This document shows positions 18,827 to 25,507 of a stretch of 31,573 nt of DNA, piece after piece. How positions within the stretch are numbered: the stretch's first letter is position 1; the number at the start of each line of letters is the position of its first letter. The stretch is taken from positions 11,881-43,453 of the forward strand of contig JBHLKY010000029.1 in assembly GCA_048886185.1 (NCBI GenBank), read 5' to 3'. The notes below the pieces were generated by a model. The model had not been told where the DNA came from. It made no database searches and saw nothing but the letters and a program-made list of their open reading frames with translations. The DNA comes from Candidatus Hermodarchaeota archaeon (GTDB lineage Archaea > Asgardarchaeota > Heimdallarchaeia > Hodarchaeales > Hodarchaeaceae). The position numbers and the translations under genes were made by a program.

Positions 18827-19231
18827 ATGCCCGAAACTCCAATACCAGGGATGGCTTTTCGTGCCCGTTTGTCAAAAAAAGCTGGAAGAGATGCTATAGA
18901 GTTAATTTTCCGTGGGGATTCAATTATAACTGTTGATATTTCAGGGAATTTAACGGAAGTAGCAATTTGTAACGCTCTCAAACAAGCGTGTGTTGAAGCT
19001 GATGTTGAACATCAGATTACTGAAGCAACATTAAATCAAGTGGCGGGAGAACTGTTCAAGCAAGCAGGATTGGGTGAAGGAAAGACTCTGATGCCGCAGG
19101 AATTTGAGCTAGGAGGGGAAGCAACAGAATTGGATCGTAAATTAGCGATTATAATAACTTCATTGCAGAAAATCCATCAGCGCCTCGATAAAATAGAAAC
19201 CTTACTTGAAATTTCAGCAGAACAGAAATAA
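18827..19231 (+). CDS. Hypothetical protein with C-terminal coiled coil
   Basis: ATG at 18827 is preceded by GTGAGGA, so the GTG used by the ORF track is probably the RBS. Heptad tail LDRKLAIIITSLQKIHQRLDKIETLL. Confidence 0.75.
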   Translation: MPETPIPGMAFRARLSKKAGRDAIELIFRGDSIITVDISGNLTEVAICNALKQACVEADVEHQITEATLNQVAGELFKQAGLGEGKTLMPQEFELGGEATELDRKLAIIITSLQKIHQRLDKIETLLEISAEQK

Positions 19232-19249
19232 TCTGTTAGAATATGGAAA

Positions 19250-19384
19250 TCCCTTGGCCGTGATTTGAACACGGGACAACCCGGTATCTGCTAAAGCCCA
19301 ACTAACAACCTTTTCATCGAATCATCCAAGGTGTGGCACCTGCGCCTACAGCCGGGGGCTCTTGCCAGGCTGAGCTACCAAGGG
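19250..19384 (-). tRNA. tRNA-Tyr(GUA) with a 60-nt intron at position 37/38
   Basis: Minus strand: CCCTTGG TA GCTC AGCCTGGCAA GAGC C CCCGG CT GTA G [intron] A CCGGG TTGTC CCGTG TTCAAAT CACGG CCAAGGG A. All four stems pair. C1-G72, A73 and the short variable arm are the archaeal/eukaryotic Tyr type. CCA is not encoded. Mature length is 75 nt. Confidence 0.97.
19286..19345 (-). ncRNA. tRNA-Tyr intron; predicted single-hairpin H/ACA guide RNA targeting U35 of pre-tRNA-Tyr
   Basis: GCGCAGGUGCCACACCUUGGAUGAUUCGAUGAAAAGGUUGUUAGUUGGGCUUUAGCAGAU. Hand-folded: K-loop, 7-bp upper stem, 5+8-nt guide arms complementary to the pre-tRNA around U35, and AGA box 15 nt from the pocket. The intron call is near certain; the guide function is predicted. 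Confidence 0.7.
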
Positions 19385-19403
19385 AGATAATTAATAGGCT
19401 TCC

Positions 19404-19414
19404 TTAATTAAAAA
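19404..19414 (-). promoter_or_regulatory. Candidate TATA box of the tRNA-Tyr gene
   Basis: TTTTTAATTAA on the minus strand, 20-30 nt upstream of tRNA position 1. Confidence 0.4.
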
Positions 19415-19987
19415 CCAATAAATTTCTTTTAATATAGTTTTTTTACCAAAAACTTACGTAATGACCGAATAATTATTTTTTTTAAATTCATTGTGATTCT
19501 ATTGACTGGGTGTTTTAACGTGATGATTGCATTTTTCTTAAATTCACTAAAAAATGGACATAAATGAGCTTCTTTTACAGTAATATCTGAATTCTTATTA
19601 TATATGAATTTCGCTCTAACACTTCTTTTAGCAAGTAAAAGTTCAATGTATGTCCTAAGGGCATTGATTTCTGACATTAATACTCTATATGCTTTTTCCA
19701 ATACTAATTCTTTTTCTTTGAATGAAAAACCCTCAAAATGATGGATTTGAAATTGTCATCAACTTGCGGGTATCGAAAACATTAAATCATCAAAAGAATA
19801 TTTATTAAAGCCAAAGGTAATTTCGTCAAACAATCTATAGAAACAGTAACCATCATTAATCAGTAGGATTAACTTGCTATTATATTACATAACACTAGAG
19901 AGGCGTGGAATTCTATGATTTGACATGTATGGCTAAAAACCTAAAAGGAAATTGTTGAATAGTTTGGTAAAGTTTTTCTTGAAAATA

Positions 19988-21409
19988 ATGAAGCTCTCAA
20001 AAGTTAATGTTCTTTTTCTCATTCTTCTAACAAACTTAAATCTCTCAATGGCTATAAGCCCAAGAAATATAACTCATACTAGCGAAAGAAACTTTCTGAA
20101 GGTCTCTTCTTCGAAAGAGGCTGATTACAGGATTCCAATAATCTTTAAGCTGGATGATTTTCGCGTATCTGATCCAAATCCAGTTTTTTTTTCTGTTCTC
20201 TCATTATTTCAAGAATATTCTATCTCTGTAAGTCTAGGGGTAATCCTTGATTCAACCAATAATTATACTTCCTATGCTTTTTTAAAAAATTTGTGTGAGG
20301 ATGATTCTGATATTTTCTTTCACGGGATTGAACATTGGAATAAAGATAAACATACTCTTGAAGAATTTGGAATAGATGTCAGCTATCATAAGCAATTAGT
20401 GAAGTTTCAGCAAGCTATTACCATATCTGAGCGTTTTGGCTTGGAAATGATAGTATTTGGTGCACCTGGAAACGGTTATTCAGATTTTACAAAGAAAGCT
20501 CTAATAGAAACGGGCTTTAAAGGTATGTTCGTTAAAAACGTGGAAGAAGAGGAAGAAAATCACGAATTTGTGGGGATGAATATTGATTTTTCAGACCTAA
20601 ATTTAGGTTTCTTCACTAATCAACTGACTGGAAAAATCTTGTATGATATGTGGATCACTCCATTCCTAAAAGATAATCTTATTGTCATTCAATTACACCC
20701 TTTTCATTGGAGATCTCCTGGGAGATTAATGGCTTTAGAACAATTCTTTCTTCTACTAAACAATGAAAAGAGAATTAGGAGTATTTCTGCTACTGAATAT
20801 GTATCTAATGTCCTCTATACTGATCAGGTTAAAATAATTTCACACTCTCAAAAAGAGTTTGTAATATCTGGAGAAAATCTATCTAATAAGCAGTTTTATC
20901 TTTTCGACTCTGATGAAAATCAAACAATGTGGGAATTGATTGATCTTCGTTCAAATATTAGTCTGTTTCGGTGGATTAAATGTAAGATGCTTCCAGTATT
21001 TCCGAATCAAAATTACCTGATCCGTAAATACTTAGAAGAACGAATTAATTTCTCAATTTCACAGGAAGATGAACAAATTCGGATTATTTTACCTGTAAAT
21101 CAAAAACTTCAATTTTACCATGTTTTTATTGAAAATGAAAGAAGTGATATCTTCAGAATAATTAATACTAATTATTGTCAAAATCTTTCAATAGTGTTAT
21201 CAAGTGTTCAATCCCCACAAATACTAAAAATTTCAGTAGTTTTTCAATTTAATGATACTTACAGGGTTTTAGAAAGCAGTAAGTGGTTTTGTTTTGGAAA
21301 ATATCAATCCTCACAAGAATTTGATTTTAATAACGCTCTCAACCTTCTAATTGTTGTATCTTTTTGTATAACAATAACTATCTTATTGAGAAGAAAGAGT
21401 GAAAGGTAG
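19988..21409 (+). CDS. Secreted polysaccharide deacetylase-like (DUF2334/NodB) protein with C-terminal TM anchor
   Basis: IIFKLDDF, VSLGVI, FFHGIEH, FGAPGN and IQLHP. Signal-like N-terminus from ATG 19988 (the ORF track starts at TTG 19952). Ends in a TM helix and RRKSER. Confidence 0.75.
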   Translation: MKLSKVNVLFLILLTNLNLSMAISPRNITHTSERNFLKVSSSKEADYRIPIIFKLDDFRVSDPNPVFFSVLSLFQEYSISVSLGVILDSTNNYTSYAFLKNLCEDDSDIFFHGIEHWNKDKHTLEEFGIDVSYHKQLVKFQQAITISERFGLEMIVFGAPGNGYSDFTKKALIETGFKGMFVKNVEEEEENHEFVGMNIDFSDLNLGFFTNQLTGKILYDMWITPFLKDNLIVIQLHPFHWRSPGRLMALEQFFLLLNNEKRIRSISATEYVSNVLYTDQVKIISHSQKEFVISGENLSNKQFYLFDSDENQTMWELIDLRSNISLFRWIKCKMLPVFPNQNYLIRKYLEERINFSISQEDEQIRIILPVNQKLQFYHVFIENERSDIFRIINTNYCQNLSIVLSSVQSPQILKISVVFQFNDTYRVLESSKWFCFGKYQSSQEFDFNNALNLLIVVSFCITITILLRRKSER

Positions 21410-21644
21410 TAGAATTAACCCAAGATGGTTAAATATAAACAAGTTGTAAGACTGTAGAAATGAGTGTTAATTTTCCATTCCAGAATTACAGCCAACCTCT
21501 ATGATACAATAAGGTAATAATAATGAAAATATAAAGACTACATCCAAGAATAACTTTCTTATTTCTAGAAACAGCCATTAGCTTCATCTATTATTTGAGG
21601 ATTCATAAATCAATGGTGTTTTTTCTAAAAGGATTACGAAAATT

Positions 21645-22910
21645 ATGAAAAATGTGACTACTAATATTAAAGTTCTCCTTTTCTGGGATAAGACATCCTG
21701 GTATGCACTTGGAGCACTAACTCCTAGTTTGCAGAAAGCTAATCTTTCATGCGAGATTATCCGAGGTGATGTTGTTACTTCTATTCATAAACAGATAGCC
21801 CAAGGGTACCATGTGATTTATGGTGAATCCGCAAGAATAACAACCTTAGATTCATTAGAGAATCGATTAAAGATGATTAATGAACAGATATCGTCACCAC
21901 AGTTAACCATCGTGATTGGAGGTTCATATGCTTCGGGAAATCCACAAAGAATCTTAAAAATGGGAGCAGATTACGTAGTAATAGGTGAGGGAGAGGTAAC
22001 TTTTCCGGAATTAATCCACACATTAGCTAGTAAAGAAGCTGGAGACATAAGTTTTTTTGTGCTACCCGGAATTGCTTTTCTTAATAAAAACGGAGATTTT
22101 GTACAGACTCCCTCACGAGCTCGGATAGATTTAAATGAACATTGTCCGTACTTAGATAGTGAAATTTTTCCATTACATCCTCCTATTGAACTAATGCGGG
22201 GGTGTGCTTTTCGTTGTCGCTTTTGTCAGGTACCTTATATGTATGGTAATCCACGTTTTCGATCCATTGAAACTATTACTAAGATTGTAGAACATTATGT
22301 TCGACATTTTACACCTCTGAAAAGAAGTGTTGATATTCGCTTCATTGCCCCAAACTCACTTGGATATATGGAGAAGAAACGGGGTCAACCAAACTATGAT
22401 GCTTTGAATGACCTTTTAAAAAGACTCTCACGGTTTGAGATCCGAATTTTTTTTGGTACTTTTCCTTCCGAGATTCGTCCTGAGTACATCACAGAGGAAA
22501 TTGTTTTTTTATTTGACAAGGTGAATAATCGCCAAATTTCTGTTGGGTTTCAGAGCGGATCTGATCGTGTTCTCTCTGCAATGCGTCGAGGGCATTCTGT
22601 TGCTGATGGGCTTCGAGCAAATGATCTGATGGTTTCTCAAGGAATCACTCCTATTTTCGATTTTATTCTAGGAGTTCCTTCTGAAACAACAGTTGAGCAG
22701 TGGCAGACTCTTTCTTTAATTCGAGAGCTAGGAAGAAATGCTCGTGTTCGACTTCACTATTTCATGCCTCTCCCAGGAACACCTTGGGAAAACAGTCAAC
22801 CAGCACTGTTAGATTCAGAGATTCAGTCGGAAATTGGACGGTTAGCTAAAGCAAAAATTATTATGGGAGCATTTGCTAAACAATTCCAAATAGCATTCCA
22901 AGACAAATAG
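21645..22910 (+). CDS. B12-binding domain/radical SAM protein (MJ1487-like archaeal family)
   Basis: IVIGGSYASG and DYVVIGEGE (B12-binding domain); IELMRGCAFRCRFCQ; RFIAPN, FFGTFPSEIRPE, GFQSGSDRVL..MRRGH and FMPLPGTP. Confidence 0.88.
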   Translation: MKNVTTNIKVLLFWDKTSWYALGALTPSLQKANLSCEIIRGDVVTSIHKQIAQGYHVIYGESARITTLDSLENRLKMINEQISSPQLTIVIGGSYASGNPQRILKMGADYVVIGEGEVTFPELIHTLASKEAGDISFFVLPGIAFLNKNGDFVQTPSRARIDLNEHCPYLDSEIFPLHPPIELMRGCAFRCRFCQVPYMYGNPRFRSIETITKIVEHYVRHFTPLKRSVDIRFIAPNSLGYMEKKRGQPNYDALNDLLKRLSRFEIRIFFGTFPSEIRPEYITEEIVFLFDKVNNRQISVGFQSGSDRVLSAMRRGHSVADGLRANDLMVSQGITPIFDFILGVPSETTVEQWQTLSLIRELGRNARVRLHYFMPLPGTPWENSQPALLDSEIQSEIGRLAKAKIIMGAFAKQFQIAFQDK

Positions 22911-23048
22911 AGATTGTTATTCAATTCAATTACCAACAAATATTTATCTCTGAGTAATGTTTTATCATATAAAAGGTAAAGAAAAGTTTATTATATTGAG
23001 GTAATTGGTGTATGATGTAATTCTTTAAACTGCGAGGTGTTACTTAAG

Positions 23049-23351
23049 TTGGAAGTTCGAAATGTATTTGTTGCATTCCTTACAATCCTTTTTTTAATTC
23101 TGATTCTCGGTTCAATTGCAGCTCTGATTTTCCACGTTATCAATTATGATGTTCCCATTTACACCACCCATCAAGGTAGTTCTGGTGGTGAAATAGTTGA
23201 AGAAGTAGTACTGAGTGAGCTGTATATCGGTAAAAGGGATACAAATGTATTTCTTGAAATCCTAGCATTATTTATCTTATCTGGGTGTATATTCTATGCT
23301 GGTTTGTTAAATTACCTCAAAAAACCAACTCTAAAAAGGAGAATGGAATAA
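23049..23351 (+). CDS. Hypothetical membrane protein (2 TM)
   Basis: TTG at 23049 follows GAGGTG (the ORF track starts at the GTG inside this RBS). Two hydrophobic helices. Confidence 0.65.
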   Translation: MEVRNVFVAFLTILFLILILGSIAALIFHVINYDVPIYTTHQGSSGGEIVEEVVLSELYIGKRDTNVFLEILALFILSGCIFYAGLLNYLKKPTLKRRME

Positions 23352-23463
23352 CATGATGGATTTCTTGAGGCACATCTTTATATGTTCCTTTCCTTTTATT
23401 GGATTCCTAATATTTTTCTCACTTAGAATTAAACTTAGATAAAAATCTTTGAGGACAATAATC

Positions 23464-25170
23464 TTGGAGTTCAAAGCTTTTTGTAAAATCATGGAGGAAA
23501 TTGATTCAACTAGTAAGAAGAATGAAAAAGTTACGATATTTGCGTCATTTTTGACAACTTTATCAAACTCTGAATTACCTCTTATCTGCTACTATGCTAC
23601 AGGTCAACCATTTTCAAAAATTTCCGAAAAAAAAATCCAATTTGGCTGGAGTTCTTTCATGAGTGTCGTCCACCAGTTGACTAGCAGAACACCTGACGAT
23701 CTTCGTAGATTTTATAGAAGAAACTCTGATTTTGGGAGTTTGATCGAGTACGCGATTCTACACCGAAAACCTCAATCTCAGCCTCTAGAAAGTTATTTTA
23801 GTCAAACTGAACTAAAAACTCTCACAATCCAAGGCATCAATAAGCACCTCACAAAAATAGCATCATACCAAGGAAAAGGTTCACAAAAAGCCAAAAAAAC
23901 CCAATTATTACATCTACTAAGAAACGCTTCTCCTTTAGAAGCCAAATATATTGCTCGAATTATTACATCTGATACACGAACAGGTTTCCGAGGAGGATTG
24001 TTATTAGATGCAATAGCCCAAGCCTTTGAACGAGTAAACGAACAGGTACGATATGCATATATGGTTCTTAGTGATTTTGGGGATGTTGCTCAAGCAGCTA
24101 AAGATCAATCAATTGATTTATTATCACTTAAACCACAAATATTTCACCCTTTGCGCTCTATGTTAGCATCCAAGATTGAGTCAGCCGAGGAAGCACTTAG
24201 CAGTTATAATAGCTTAGTTTGTGAACCTAAAATCGATGGTTTCCGTGCACAGCTCCATATCAGTAAGAGGGAATGCAAACTCTACTCAAGAAACCTAGAA
24301 GAGGTTACGCATGCGTTCCCCGAAATTATTGATTCCCTCACGATGGATCTTAAAATGCAATTAGCACCTAGTATACTTGATGGGGAAGTTGTCGCTCTCG
24401 TTGATGGCAAACCTGTCTTTTTTCAGGATCTTTCAACTCGTATTCTGCGAAAAAAAGACATCCAAATTTCTGTTGAATCGACTCCCTGTTATTATTATAT
24501 ATTTGACATCCTTGTATACCAAGGAACTTCTCTTTTAAATATACCATTAATGAAAAGAAAGGAAATCCTTGATACCTCTTTTTCTGACTTCAAGAATATC
24601 CGTAAAATAAAATTTCAAACTTTAACAGATATTGAACAAATTCAAATCCAGCTTCAAGAGGCGATTCAAAATGGTTCAGAAGGCTTAATGCTTAAGGATC
24701 CCACATCGGAGTACCAAGCAGGAAAACGGGGTAAAGGATGGTTGAAACTTAAAGTAACATTACCTACGCTCGATCTAGCCATTGTGGGAGCTGAATGGGG
24801 GCATGGAAGGCGAACAGGATGGTTGTCTAATTATCATCTAGCTGCGCGGGGAGCAAATGAATTTCAGGTAATCGGTAAAACTTTCAAAGGATTAACAGAT
24901 CTGGAATTCACACAATTAACTGAACAATTAAAGGATTTGGAACTATCAAAAGAACCATATGGAATAAGTGTACAACCAAAAATCGTGGTAGAAGTCGAAT
25001 TTGACAATATTCAAGAATCATCAAAATATCCTTCAGGGGTGGCATTAAGGTTTGCTAGAATAAAGAGAATACGGAAGGATAAAGATATCGATGAAGTAGA
25101 TAGTATTGAAACAGTCAAACAGCTGTTTCAAGATCAGTTACAACGCCAAAAACGTGCTGGTATAGTGTGA
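23464..25170 (+). CDS. lig: ATP-dependent DNA ligase, archaeal type
   Basis: Motif I EPKIDG, III LDGEVV, IIIa IFDILV, IV EGLMLK, V WLKLK and VI LRFARIKRIRKDK, plus an N-terminal DNA-binding domain. The likely start is TTG 23464 after GAGGA. Confidence 0.97.
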   Translation: MEFKAFCKIMEEIDSTSKKNEKVTIFASFLTTLSNSELPLICYYATGQPFSKISEKKIQFGWSSFMSVVHQLTSRTPDDLRRFYRRNSDFGSLIEYAILHRKPQSQPLESYFSQTELKTLTIQGINKHLTKIASYQGKGSQKAKKTQLLHLLRNASPLEAKYIARIITSDTRTGFRGGLLLDAIAQAFERVNEQVRYAYMVLSDFGDVAQAAKDQSIDLLSLKPQIFHPLRSMLASKIESAEEALSSYNSLVCEPKIDGFRAQLHISKRECKLYSRNLEEVTHAFPEIIDSLTMDLKMQLAPSILDGEVVALVDGKPVFFQDLSTRILRKKDIQISVESTPCYYYIFDILVYQGTSLLNIPLMKRKEILDTSFSDFKNIRKIKFQTLTDIEQIQIQLQEAIQNGSEGLMLKDPTSEYQAGKRGKGWLKLKVTLPTLDLAIVGAEWGHGRRTGWLSNYHLAARGANEFQVIGKTFKGLTDLEFTQLTEQLKDLELSKEPYGISVQPKIVVEVEFDNIQESSKYPSGVALRFARIKRIRKDKDIDEVDSIETVKQLFQDQLQRQKRAGIV

Positions 25171-25178
25171 ATTAATGT

Positions 25179-25487
25179 ATGTCGAAAACTCGAACTAAAA
25201 ATCATAAAAAAGGGAATCCTTGTATAAATCATCCCAACATCTTTAATACCCAAGAATGTGAACGATGTCATGAATATTTTTGTCCAGAATGTTTTATCGA
25301 AGATTGGTCTGTTAACTTCTTTCAGCAGTTTATTGGGCAAAAAAGAGATTTTGTACAAAAAATATATTGTAAACCCTGCCAAAAACGTGTCACCCGAATT
25401 CGTATGATTGCTTATATCGGATTGTTGCTTCTCTTTGGAGGTCCTATTATGTTGTGGCTTATTACAGCAGTTCTATTTCGCATATAG
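25179..25487 (+). CDS. B-box-like zinc finger protein with C-terminal TM helix
   Basis: CINHP..ECERCHEYFCPEC..YCKPC followed by IAYIGLLLLFGGPIMLWLITAVLF. Confidence 0.75.
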   Translation: MSKTRTKNHKKGNPCINHPNIFNTQECERCHEYFCPECFIEDWSVNFFQQFIGQKRDFVQKIYCKPCQKRVTRIRMIAYIGLLLLFGGPIMLWLITAVLFRI

Positions 25488-25507
25488 AGCAGAAAATCTA
25501 GTGAATA

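Noticed and set aside
19286-19345. Box C/D guide in the tRNA intron (GAUGA motifs)
   Set aside because: There is no CUGA D box and no terminal C/D pair with 10-12-nt guides. The GA motifs are better explained as one K-loop of an H/ACA hairpin.
19231-19400. Integrated mobile element at the tRNA
   Set aside because: No integrase gene and no duplicated tRNA 3' end (att site) were seen in the window.
19756-19761. Selenocysteine read-through of in-frame TGA-TGA
   Set aside because: There is no recognisable selenoprotein or redox motif, the same frame has a TAA right after the ATG, and I could not identify a SECIS.
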